From positions 1 through 61,769 of the forward strand of contig CAJQQO010000028.1 in the NCBI GenBank assembly GCA_905480475.1: a DNA stretch of 61,769 bases, given 5' to 3'. This DNA is from an uncultured Pseudomonadales bacterium (lineage in GTDB: Bacteria > Pseudomonadota > Gammaproteobacteria > Pseudomonadales > UBA7434). The notes beneath the pieces are model-generated. The model saw only the letters and a list, made by a program, of their open reading frames with translations. It did not search any database and was not told the DNA's origin. The translations under genes were made by a program, and so were the position numbers. Shown one piece after another: positions 37,608 through 46,820 of the stretch (position 1 is its first letter; each line of letters starts with the position of its first letter).

Positions 37608-38405
37608 TTAGCGATCACGTATTAATGGCCAAAGCAATTGATGCTTAGCACTAACCGGCTCTACATTTTCTACACCTACCGACTCAGGATAACGCCGGGT
37701 AATCTTTGCCGTACCAAATAACACATCCCAGAGAAATAATAGATTGCCATAGTTACCCTTATAATTAGTAACCCCATCATCCTTATACTGACCGTGATGT
37801 GCGGAGTGTGTTGCCGGTGTAGAGATGGTTCGCTCAAGAACCCACATGAGCGGTGACAGCCATCGAATTTTATAAAGCGGCTTATCCCAGCGTACATCCG
37901 AGTGCGCACCACAAATCACTAGCAGTTTAACAACAATATAAAAAGCGTAGAACTGTCCCAAGCCAAGATAAATCAACACGCCGGAAAACCAAATCCCCGG
38001 CATTAAAAAGTAATAAAATATATTATTGCGATAAACAATGCGGATACTCATATACTCGGCGTCATGATGCGGTCGATGCAATTCATAAAGCCACTTAACT
38101 TGATGTGTTAGCCTATGCCACCAGTACTGCGTCATATCATCCAACACTAGAAACAATGCAAGCTGGGCATAGAGTGGAATAGCAATCAAACTATCTTTTG
38201 CATTAGGTGCTAACGTCGCCGCAAAAAATCCACCGCAAAGTAAAACTAGCGGCTGGGTCAGTAGCATTAATGTTGAGGTGCCAATAATCTCGACGGTCGC
38301 ATCTTTGCGACGCTGACGCGGCTTATTCAATAAATTAGTAGCAAAAAATTCTGCCGCAGCGAAGACCAGAAATATAGCTAGAATTGCTAGCAATTCAATT
38401 CTCAT
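37608..38405 (-). CDS. Fatty acid hydroxylase / sterol desaturase family membrane di-iron enzyme
   Basis: His boxes 'HRLTH', 'HRPHH' and 'HSAHH', plus 4 or so TM helices. Confidence 0.8.
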   Translation of the reverse strand: MRIELLAILAIFLVFAAAEFFATNLLNKPRQRRKDATVEIIGTSTLMLLTQPLVLLCGGFFAATLAPNAKDSLIAIPLYAQLALFLVLDDMTQYWWHRLTHQVKWLYELHRPHHDAEYMSIRIVYRNNIFYYFLMPGIWFSGVLIYLGLGQFYAFYIVVKLLVICGAHSDVRWDKPLYKIRWLSPLMWVLERTISTPATHSAHHGQYKDDGVTNYKGNYGNLLFLWDVLFGTAKITRRYPESVGVENVEPVSAKHQLLWPLIRDR

Positions 38406-38505
38406 ATCATCTCATTAGTTTTAACCTTATTGCTTCGATGGCGCGTAGTTGAGTATGGAGCTATTAATCCAATCTCACACCTGCGAATCAGCTATCAAAC
38501 TTCTT

Positions 38506-38877
38506 TCATTTATCAATACTCCAAATACCCGCACCTCGCGCGGCAATAAACAAAAAGATAAAACAATATAATGCTGCTAGCTCACCGCCGTTAAGCAACG
38601 GGAAAACGTTTTGCATACCATGCGCCATCCAATACGCTACCGCCATTGTGCCGCTGCAAATAAAAGCAGCCGGACGCGTAAACAAGCCAATCATAATTAG
38701 CGCTCCGCCAAGCAACTCAATTGCACCTGCGGCAGTCATTAACGGATTTAACGGGCCATAGGGAAAATCAGCGGGGAAATTAAATAGCTTTTGTGCGCCG
38801 TGCCAAATAAATAAAAACCCTGCCACTATTCTAAGCAGCGCGTAAGAATGCTCTTGATACTTATCTAAAAAGTTCAT
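38506..38877 (-). CDS. DoxX family membrane protein
   Basis: 'YALLRIVAGFLFIWHGAQKLF' and four TM helices. ATG 38877 is preferred over the longer track ORF. Confidence 0.8.
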   Translation of the reverse strand: MNFLDKYQEHSYALLRIVAGFLFIWHGAQKLFNFPADFPYGPLNPLMTAAGAIELLGGALIMIGLFTRPAAFICSGTMAVAYWMAHGMQNVFPLLNGGELAALYCFIFLFIAARGAGIWSIDK

Positions 38878-39121
38878 TGCAATATCCTCATGGTGTTCGT
38901 GATAGCAAGTACAGAAATGTTTACGAAGCCAGTGTAGCAATGTGGCTAAACATCTCAAGCGCTCATATTTATCGCCTAAGCTCCGATATATGCCACTTAA
39001 GTATTAACAAAAATTCAATGCTTCACTGTATTTGATAGGCTCGTTTGCAAGTACACTACCCTAACAGTATTCAGCCGCTATCAAATGCCAAATCTATATA
39101 ACAACAACGGATACGCATGCT

Positions 39122-39529
39122 ATGAAAACCAGCTTTGATCAATTCTGCATCAACGTCAGTGATCTTGATAAATCCATCCATTTTTACGAGACGGTGCTCG
39201 GATTTAAAATCACTCATCGCATTGAGCAGCCCGGCGGCATGAATGTCACCGAAGTTCTGTTCGAGGGCGACAACGGCTTCCGTTTACAAATTGCTCGCCA
39301 CCACGACGTGCCCGGCCCCATCGATCACGGCAATGCCTTATGGAAATTTTATATTAATACCGATGATTGCAAAGGTCTTTACAAGCGCTGTATGGATGCC
39401 GGTATTGAGTCGATTTCGGAGCCCGTGCAACTGGAAGGATGGCCGGTGACCGCCGCCTTTGTTAGCGACCCTGACGGTTATCAGGTAGAGATACTCGAAC
39501 ATCATGCCGAAACACCTGCGAACCAGTAA
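39122..39529 (+). CDS. VOC (glyoxalase/bleomycin resistance/dioxygenase) family protein
   Basis: 135 aa. 'FDQFCINVSDLDKSIHFYETVLGFK' and 'FVSDPDGYQVEILE' form paired beta-alpha-beta-beta-beta modules. Confidence 0.8.
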   Translation: MKTSFDQFCINVSDLDKSIHFYETVLGFKITHRIEQPGGMNVTEVLFEGDNGFRLQIARHHDVPGPIDHGNALWKFYINTDDCKGLYKRCMDAGIESISEPVQLEGWPVTAAFVSDPDGYQVEILEHHAETPANQ

Positions 39530-39572
39530 CACAAAAATTATTTAGTACTATAAAAATTACCGGAGCAATCCT

Positions 39573-40814
39573 ATGCGCAAAACTTTAATCTCAGCTGACT
39601 CACATATCACCGAACCGCCTAATGTTTATGTCGATTACATCGAGAAAAAATATAGGGATCAAGCGCCGTATTTGCGACGTGATGCCGAGCGTGGCGATAT
39701 GTTTATCTTGGGTGAAGAATTGCCACCCATACCAATAGGAATTATTGCTGCGGCTGGTAAAAACCCAACTGAGATTCGCTTTGAAGGCGTGCAGTTTGAA
39801 GATATGCATAAAGGGGGTTATGAACCGAATGCCAGAATTCTTGAACAAGATAGAGATGGCGTTTCTGCCGAAGTGATTTATCCAAGTGTGGGTATGATGC
39901 TTTGTAATCACCCCGACTTCGATTTAAAGCGCGCATGCTTTAAAGCATACAACACTTGGTTAACAGAATATTGTGGTGCTTTTCCCAATCGTTTATTGGG
40001 TGCAGGGCAAATTGCCATGCACGATCCAAAAGAAGCGATTAAAGATTTGGAGTTAATTAAAAAGCAAGGCTTGCGCGGCGTGATGCTTCCGGGCAATCCT
40101 GCGGTCGAAGATTATGACCAGCCGATATACGATGATTTTTTTCGCGCTGCATTAGAAATGGATATTCCTTTATCCTTTCATATACTCACAGGTAAGCAAG
40201 GTGCATTTCGCGGCTCGGCACTTAACGGTTTTATGCAAACCATACGTGGCTGCCAGGATATATTAGGCATGCTGGTTTATGGTGGTGTATTTGATCGCCA
40301 TCCCGATTTGAAAGTTGTTTGCGTTGAAGCCGATGCTGGCTGGGTACCACATTATATGTATCGAATGGATCACGCGTATTTACGCCACCGCCACTGGATT
40401 ACGCCGGGGCAAGAGCTTAGACAAAACCCATCGGCCTACTTTGCCGATAATATTTATGTCACCTTTCAAGATGATTGGAGTGCTTTTGGTGCAGCAAAAG
40501 CGGGCTTAATTAATACTGATCGATTAATGTGGGCTAACGATTTTCCACATTCAGATTCAACGTGGCCATGGTCTCAGGCTTTACTCGCCAAACATACAAA
40601 AGGTATGGAAACCGAAATGCTCGATAATATTTTATATAAAAATGTTGCCGACCTATACAACATTGATTTAAACACAATCGAAAAAGACAAAGCGCTATTA
40701 GACCCCAGCGATACCGTTGGCTACAACGATACGCCGGAAGGATTTAAAAATGCCGATAGCTTGGCGAATTCGCCGAGTAGTACAACGCCGGCTAGTTTTA
40801 TTGCGATGGAGTAG
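39573..40814 (+). CDS. Amidohydrolase-2 (ACMSD/PF04909-like) family metal-dependent hydrolase/decarboxylase
   Basis: 'ISADSHITEP' (HxH-type metal site), 'PLSFHI', 'CVEADAGW' and 'WANDFPHSDSTWP' fit TIM-barrel amidohydrolase-2. Confidence 0.7.
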   Translation: MRKTLISADSHITEPPNVYVDYIEKKYRDQAPYLRRDAERGDMFILGEELPPIPIGIIAAAGKNPTEIRFEGVQFEDMHKGGYEPNARILEQDRDGVSAEVIYPSVGMMLCNHPDFDLKRACFKAYNTWLTEYCGAFPNRLLGAGQIAMHDPKEAIKDLELIKKQGLRGVMLPGNPAVEDYDQPIYDDFFRAALEMDIPLSFHILTGKQGAFRGSALNGFMQTIRGCQDILGMLVYGGVFDRHPDLKVVCVEADAGWVPHYMYRMDHAYLRHRHWITPGQELRQNPSAYFADNIYVTFQDDWSAFGAAKAGLINTDRLMWANDFPHSDSTWPWSQALLAKHTKGMETEMLDNILYKNVADLYNIDLNTIEKDKALLDPSDTVGYNDTPEGFKNADSLANSPSSTTPASFIAME

Positions 40815-40934
40815 CTGTTTAGCAAACAGGGTATTTATGTATGGCTTGAGATTTTTAACGCTTCAAGCATATTCGCCGTGACCCCTTATAACATAAAGCC
40901 CTGAAATCGCGCCTCAGCACCACTCAAATAAAAA

Positions 40935-41486
40935 TCAACTCTCACGTGCCGGAAACAATAACTGCTCCCCTGCTTTTTTATCACGCCCATTACTATGCTC
41001 TATCGACTTGGCATCCCAAAAGCTGCGATGGCTTATATAATTATTAGCATCCACTTTTTCTGTACAAACCCAAAGACGCTCGTAACCGGTGTGAGTAAAC
41101 AACCAGCCAGCATCGGCTTTTAAATACTCGTCCCAGTAAATCCCTACACCGGTAATTTTAATACCATGATCCAAACGCAAAACCGTATCTTCTAAATGCC
41201 AAACACCGGTCGCATGAGTATCATCAATAAATTTAATTTCCGGATGATGCGCTTGATGCTGTGTATAACACTCAGGCGAACCCATACCTTCTTGCAAAAA
41301 ATCAAACAGGGCTTTACGACCATTAAAAGAATGTCGACCATTGTCATAAGCGGTGGTGCAGTCTTCGCTAAATAGCAAAACCAAATCAGAAAATTGCTTG
41401 CTGTCTAACATCCTAAAGTAACTCGCTTTTAGTTCTTTTATCGCGTCTTTTTCTAAAAGCATTTGCACTGGGTCACTATTCATCAT
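40935..41486 (-). CDS. NTF2-like (SnoaL_4-type) family protein
   Basis: 183 aa. 'IKELKASYFRMLDSKQFSDLVLLFSEDCT' is typical of SnoaL-like folds. Confidence 0.5.
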   Translation of the reverse strand: MMNSDPVQMLLEKDAIKELKASYFRMLDSKQFSDLVLLFSEDCTTAYDNGRHSFNGRKALFDFLQEGMGSPECYTQHQAHHPEIKFIDDTHATGVWHLEDTVLRLDHGIKITGVGIYWDEYLKADAGWLFTHTGYERLWVCTEKVDANNYISHRSFWDAKSIEHSNGRDKKAGEQLLFPARES

Positions 41487-41591
41487 ATTCTCTCCGCCGC
41501 TCTATTTTTGCAGCAAACTCTAACAGGCTAATTTAGTACGTACATTTAATTTAAATCGGCCACTAAAATAACACTCACAAAGCTTGATGCA

Positions 41592-42071
41592 ATGACTATT
41601 CATATCGTATTTGTCTGTTTAGGTAACATTTGCCGCTCACCTAGCGCGCAAGGGATTTTGGAGAAGCTGGCAGATGATGCTGGATTAAGCGATAAAATCT
41701 CGGTGGATTCCTGCGGCACCGCAGCCTTTAACATTGGAAAAAATCCAGACCCGCGCGCAATTGCTGCTTGCGAACGCAAAGGTTATTCGATCGAAAAACA
41801 AATCGCCCGCCAAATCCATGCCAATGATTACGCAAAAGCCGATTACGTTATCACTATGGATAATATTAATATGATGAGTGTAAAGGCTTGGGCGCCAGAG
41901 GATTACACAGGAGAGCTTAGCTTATTTATGCAGTATGGCGGCGCGAGCAAGCATGCACAAGTACCCGATCCTTACTACGATGAAGCCGATAAGTTTGATG
42001 GCACAATAAAAGTGTTAGAAAAAGCTGCTAAGGGATTACTAAGTTATATTCGTGAAAAGCATAATATTTAA
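41592..42071 (+). CDS. Low-molecular-weight protein-tyrosine phosphatase
   Basis: P-loop 'VCLGNICRSP' (C-x5-R-S) and 'VPDPYY' (the DP general acid). Confidence 0.9.
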   Translation: MTIHIVFVCLGNICRSPSAQGILEKLADDAGLSDKISVDSCGTAAFNIGKNPDPRAIAACERKGYSIEKQIARQIHANDYAKADYVITMDNINMMSVKAWAPEDYTGELSLFMQYGGASKHAQVPDPYYDEADKFDGTIKVLEKAAKGLLSYIREKHNI

Positions 42072-42086
42072 TTTATCTAAACAGAT

Positions 42087-42707
42087 TTAGGTAACTACTA
42101 CTGCCTGCCATTGCTTTTGCACTAAGGCCACGCCATCAGCAAGAATCGCAGTATCAAAAGCCGCGCCCGCTTTTATTTCGCCGACGCCTTTAGGTGTACC
42201 AGTCATAATAATATCGCCATCATTCAAATCTAAAAATGATTTTAACTCGCGCAAAATATCGGCAGGTTTATACATCATTAAATCAACACCGCCAAGCTGG
42301 GTAACTTGCCCGTTAATTTTCAACTGCACTTGCAAGCTCGAAAAATCATCTGGCAGCTCAACAAACTCACTAAACAATGCCGCGCCGTTAAATGCCTTTG
42401 CGCGCTCCCATGGCAAACCTTTAGCTTTTAGCTTGCCTTGCAAAGTACGCTTGGTTAAATCAAGCCCTACCCCTACCGCAGAAAACTTACCATCATTAAT
42501 AATAAAAGCAATCTCTGTTTCATAATGTAGTGCTTCCTTAATAAAGGAATACAAAGTGTTTGAGATCGCTGAGTTAGGCTTGAGAAACACCACCATTTCA
42601 TCGGGGACTTCATTACCCAACTCGGCAATATGCTCAACATAGTTTCTGCCAATACACACAATTTTTGAAGGCGTAACTGGCTTACCTTTAACAATAACTT
42701 GATTCAC
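42087..42707 (-). CDS. Fumarylacetoacetate hydrolase (FAH) family protein
   Basis: 'KIVCIGRNYVEHIAELGNEVPDEMVVFLKP', 'YETEIAFII' and 'GDIIMTGTPKGVG' are typical of YcgM-like FAH proteins. Confidence 0.85.
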   Translation of the reverse strand: MNQVIVKGKPVTPSKIVCIGRNYVEHIAELGNEVPDEMVVFLKPNSAISNTLYSFIKEALHYETEIAFIINDGKFSAVGVGLDLTKRTLQGKLKAKGLPWERAKAFNGAALFSEFVELPDDFSSLQVQLKINGQVTQLGGVDLMMYKPADILRELKSFLDLNDGDIIMTGTPKGVGEIKAGAAFDTAILADGVALVQKQWQAVVVT

Positions 42708-42731
42708 TGTATTTTTTACTCGCTAGGAAAC

Positions 42732-43850
42732 TTACTCTAAGGCCTCTTGCCAACGCTTAAACCACATCTGCACAACCGGTTCGTTCTTACCTATAATAAA
42801 ATCTTTTTTACTAGCACTTAGACCTTGCTGACATTGCACGGCGGCGGGTAGATCTTCGGTGGCAAATATATCACCACCAAAAATATAGGTTTGCATACTT
42901 TCTTCACGCTTATCCAAATCAGTACAAACGCCAGAGAAATAAACTACCGAGGTCTCAGGTTTCGCCCCCGGCTCCACGCGAATAATTTGCGAATCACCGG
43001 GATTAACCACAATTAACGTGCCGGGATAAACTGTATGATTAATTGCACCGGGCAAACGGCTTGGCCAAAGTGTTCGTTCTTTTTCGGCCAGTTTTTCAAT
43101 ACCTTTTAACGCAAAAGCCCAGCGAGTATGCAAACCAAACTCATCGACAACACCGTGCGATGTCATCATTGGCGCAAGTGAATCACGATGTAAATTAGCG
43201 AAGTGATAACCTTCATGACTTAAACTAACTACTAACTTCCAATTAGCTGCGACTTCATAGCGGCGCGTTTCAAGCGTATGCAGCTTATCAAAATCAAATC
43301 CGGAGAATTCCTCGGCGATATCATCCAATGCATGATCAACCACTTGCTGGCTAATATCACTACGAAGGCCAACCACAATTAAGCCGGACTTATCTGAGAC
43401 AGGTAAAGCGCGCAAACCACATTGGCTACGATCACTTGCAAAACAATCATCTTTAGGCCTGCCCACCAAACTACCGTCTAAGGCATAACTCCAGCCATGA
43501 AAGCCACAAGTCAAACGTTTTTTATTACCACAACCCTCGGCGACTTTTGCGCCGCGATGTCCGCACGCATTGATAAAGGCGCGCAATACACCGTCGCTAT
43601 CGCGAGTAACCACAATAGGAATCCCCATGCACTCAGCCGTTAGATAAGAATCCGGCTGGGCAACTTCACCGGCATAGCCGATAACTTGTGGGGTATTTAA
43701 AAATAAAATTTCCCGCTCTTTTTTAAAGCGCTCAAGATCGGTAAAGATCGCTGACGATGCAATTACCGACTCGGCGGATTCATCGGTCGTATCACTACTA
43801 ACACGATCAATTAACCGGGCAATTAATTGTTCTGTTTTTATTGTATTCAC
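42732..43850 (-). CDS. Rieske [2Fe-2S] non-heme-iron oxygenase, alpha (catalytic) subunit
   Basis: Rieske motif 'CGHRGAKV...(17)...CGFHGW'. Mononuclear-iron region 'EGYHFANLH'. No beta subunit or reductase gene is adjacent. Confidence 0.85.
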   Translation of the reverse strand: MNTIKTEQLIARLIDRVSSDTTDESAESVIASSAIFTDLERFKKEREILFLNTPQVIGYAGEVAQPDSYLTAECMGIPIVVTRDSDGVLRAFINACGHRGAKVAEGCGNKKRLTCGFHGWSYALDGSLVGRPKDDCFASDRSQCGLRALPVSDKSGLIVVGLRSDISQQVVDHALDDIAEEFSGFDFDKLHTLETRRYEVAANWKLVVSLSHEGYHFANLHRDSLAPMMTSHGVVDEFGLHTRWAFALKGIEKLAEKERTLWPSRLPGAINHTVYPGTLIVVNPGDSQIIRVEPGAKPETSVVYFSGVCTDLDKREESMQTYIFGGDIFATEDLPAAVQCQQGLSASKKDFIIGKNEPVVQMWFKRWQEALE

Positions 43851-43898
43851 GAATTTTAGTCACACACTTTTTCAAGCTAGGAAAATAATCAATGGTGA

Positions 43899-44441
43899 TT
43901 AAAGATTAAATAACTTACCGCGATAGTAGCGTAGCTCTTCAATAGAATCTTTAATATCATCCATCGCTAAATGGCTGGATTTTTTCTTCATACCTTCTAA
44001 CGCTGAAGGCTTCCACCGTCGTGCCAATTCTTTTAAGGTGCTGACATCCAAATTGCGGTAGTGGAAAAACGCTTCAAGCTCTGGCATATAGTTCGCCAAA
44101 AATCGGCGATCCTGACAAATGCTATTACCACACATAGGCGAATCACCTTTCTGTAAGTGCCGCTGCAAAAACTTAATGGTTTGCGCCTCGGCTTCGGCAA
44201 CCGTGACCTTGCTGTCTCGCACTCGCTGCACCAAGCCCGATTGACCATGCTGGCGAGTGTTCCACTCATCCATACTATTAAGAATACTGTCGGGTTGATG
44301 GATGGCGAGTACCGGCCCCTCACCTAACATTCTAAGGTCGGCATCGGTAACAATGGTGGCGATTTCAATAATGACATCGGATTCAGGTTTAAGACCGGTC
44401 ATTTCCAGATCGATCCAAATAAGACGGTTAATTTCTTGCAT
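43899..44441 (-). CDS. orn: Oligoribonuclease
   Basis: '[11 protein letters not shown]' (DEDDh exo I) and '[14 protein letters not shown]'. 180 aa from ATG 44441; the track's 32-aa extension is unlikely. Confidence 0.93.
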   Translation of the reverse strand: MQEINRLIWIDLEMTGLKPESDVIIEIATIVTDADLRMLGEGPVLAIHQPDSILNSMDEWNTRQHGQSGLVQRVRDSKVTVAEAEAQTIKFLQRHLQKGDSPMCGNSICQDRRFLANYMPELEAFFHYRNLDVSTLKELARRWKPSALEGMKKKSSHLAMDDIKDSIEELRYYRGKLFNL

Positions 44442-44637
44442 GTTTGAACTGCTCCTAATTTGATCGCAACAGTATAATGCGAACTGCCCGTTAGATACAT
44501 CAATGGTATTGCTGCCAAACGGCGGGCTGATATTCAATTGTAGTTAAGCGGCCGAGCAAGTAAGCTAAGCGGCCTATTTATTATGCAGATGGCCGTATGA
44601 TACAAGCACGCAACTTCTATCAATACACAATTAATCA

Positions 44638-45807
44638 ATGAGCAAACGCAAGCTTAACAAGCAGCAACGTAGCCGCATCGCCAGCAATCAGGCGGCCGTA
44701 TCGGACAATGCCGATCGTGGTGATCTATCCTTTGGCCTGGTCGTTACTCACTACGGTAAAGAAGTGGAAGTGCTTGAGCTCGATAGCGATAAGCGAATTG
44801 CCAGCCAAACCACCCAGCGCTGTCATTTTAGAGCCAAGCTACCCACTATTGTTTGCGGCGACAGAGTGTTATGGAAAGCGCCCCCAGAAGGAGAAGCCAC
44901 CGGCGTTATTGAAGCTTTGCTTGAGCGTCGTTCGCTGTTAAAGCGACCCCGCCCCTACCAAGATCCAAAACCCGTTGCCGCCAATATCGATACCATTTTT
45001 ATTACTCTGGCACCCAGCCCTGAGCCTATTACCAGTCTTATTGATCGCTTCCTAATCGCAGCTGAAAATGCTGATATTGCTGCTTGCCTGCTATTGAATA
45101 AACAGGATTTGATGGACAGCAATCCGACCGTGGCGCAGGAAATTGAAAAACTCATTGAGGTCTATACCGAACTGGGCTATCCGGTTTATCGTTATTGCGC
45201 GGCGGATAATGAAACAACGCAGCAAAACGACGCATCCAGTTTGGCATTTCTTGATGCCTTAAAGAATAAAACCAGTATATTGGTGGGTCAATCCGGCGTC
45301 GGTAAATCATCGATTATTAATGCGTTGGCGGGCAATCACGATGCCAAAATCGGCGACGTATCCTCCGCTACGGATAAAGGCCGACATACCACCACTACCT
45401 CGCAACTTTATCAGCTGTTTAATCATGGCCTATCTTCTAGCTCAGAACATAAATCAGATCAAACGATTGCCAATGATAATAAAGCTGATATCAGATTTGA
45501 TATCCCACCTGCTATCTCATCAGGCATCTCATTAGATAGCTCATCAGATAACGACGATAGTGATAGTATTACAACCAGCATTATCGATTCGCCCGGCATT
45601 CGTGAATTTGGGCTTTGGCATTTAAGTCAAGATGATATTATTAATGGCATGCCCGAGTTTCAACGCTTTAGCATGGAATGCAAATTTCGCGATTGTGAAC
45701 ACGGCAAAAGTGCCGGCTGCGCATTACAATTGGCAATCGAACAAGGGGACATTCATCCATCAAGAGCCAGCAGTTATCATCATATCCTCGACTCGCTGGA
45801 TGATTAA
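44638..45807 (+). CDS. rsgA: Ribosome small-subunit biogenesis GTPase RsgA, with a ~50-aa low-complexity insertion
   Basis: 'LLLNKQDL' (G4), 'LVGQSGVGKSS' (G1), 'GRHTTT', 'IDSPGIREFGLWH' and zinc knuckle 'CKFRDCEHGKSAGC'. Ser/Asp-rich insert at aa ~265-314. Confidence 0.9.
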   Translation: MSKRKLNKQQRSRIASNQAAVSDNADRGDLSFGLVVTHYGKEVEVLELDSDKRIASQTTQRCHFRAKLPTIVCGDRVLWKAPPEGEATGVIEALLERRSLLKRPRPYQDPKPVAANIDTIFITLAPSPEPITSLIDRFLIAAENADIAACLLLNKQDLMDSNPTVAQEIEKLIEVYTELGYPVYRYCAADNETTQQNDASSLAFLDALKNKTSILVGQSGVGKSSIINALAGNHDAKIGDVSSATDKGRHTTTTSQLYQLFNHGLSSSSEHKSDQTIANDNKADIRFDIPPAISSGISLDSSSDNDDSDSITTSIIDSPGIREFGLWHLSQDDIINGMPEFQRFSMECKFRDCEHGKSAGCALQLAIEQGDIHPSRASSYHHILDSLDD

Positions 45808-45823
45808 ACGCTATTAATATGCT

Positions 45824-45898
<75 letters not shown>

Positions 45899-45938
45899 AA
45901 TATTGTGCATTAGCAAAGATTTAGCCACGGAAACCGAT

Positions 45939-46757
45939 ATGCCCTCAAAACACCATCCTGAAATTATTATACCCATCGAGCAACTACAAAGCGTTTTGCA
46001 AGACCCTGCTATTCTGCCGGTATTTGTCGGCAGCGAAGAAGCGTTTAATCAGGCGCATATCCCCGGCTCTGCACTTATTCGTCCTGCCGAATTAGTATGC
46101 GGCGTTGCACCGGCGACCGGAAAAATCCCGGACACTGATGATTTAGCGCAACTGTTTGCAAAAATCGGTTTAGATAAAGATCGAATTGTTATTGCCTATG
46201 ACGACGAAGGTGGCGGCTGGGCTGGTCGATTAATTTGGACCCTGGATGTTACTGGCCATAAAAATTATCACTATATCGATGGTGGCATTGTCGCTTGGCA
46301 AGCTGAACAACAAGCGATTGAAACAGGCGCCAGCCAAGTCAATTCAATTGAAGAGCAGCCAATCAATATTGACAGCAATCAAATAGTGACAGCCAGCGAT
46401 ATTATTAAAGCACTAGATGATCCAAGCTTTATTGTTTGGGATGCCAGGTCGGCACAAGAATACGCGGGCGAAAAAGTATTGGCAGCTCGCGGCGGACATA
46501 TTCCCGGCGCGGCAAATCTTGATTGGTTAGACTTAATTGATCGCAGCAATCATACGCGACTCAAACCGATTGCAACTATTCAAAATATGTTGAGCGAAAG
46601 AAAGTTAAGCACAGAAAAAACCATTGTTACTCATTGCCAAACCCACCATCGTTCTGGCCTCACCTATTTAGCCGGAAAAATTCTAGGGCTAAACATTAAG
46701 GCCTATGATGGATCATGGTCTGAATGGGGAAATCTGGACAAAACACCTATTGAATAA
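45939..46757 (+). CDS. rhdA: Two-domain rhodanese (thiosulfate sulfurtransferase), RhdA-like
   Basis: Tandem rhodanese domains. The active-site loop 'HCQTHHRSG' is as I recall for Azotobacter RhdA. 272 aa from ATG 45939; the track uses TTG 45903. Confidence 0.75.
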   Translation: MPSKHHPEIIIPIEQLQSVLQDPAILPVFVGSEEAFNQAHIPGSALIRPAELVCGVAPATGKIPDTDDLAQLFAKIGLDKDRIVIAYDDEGGGWAGRLIWTLDVTGHKNYHYIDGGIVAWQAEQQAIETGASQVNSIEEQPINIDSNQIVTASDIIKALDDPSFIVWDARSAQEYAGEKVLAARGGHIPGAANLDWLDLIDRSNHTRLKPIATIQNMLSERKLSTEKTIVTHCQTHHRSGLTYLAGKILGLNIKAYDGSWSEWGNLDKTPIE

Positions 46758-46820
46758 GCGTTTTGAAAAAATAATCAACGTCTTTGCAAAAAATATGATT
46801 GGAATATTGAGCTAAAAAAT

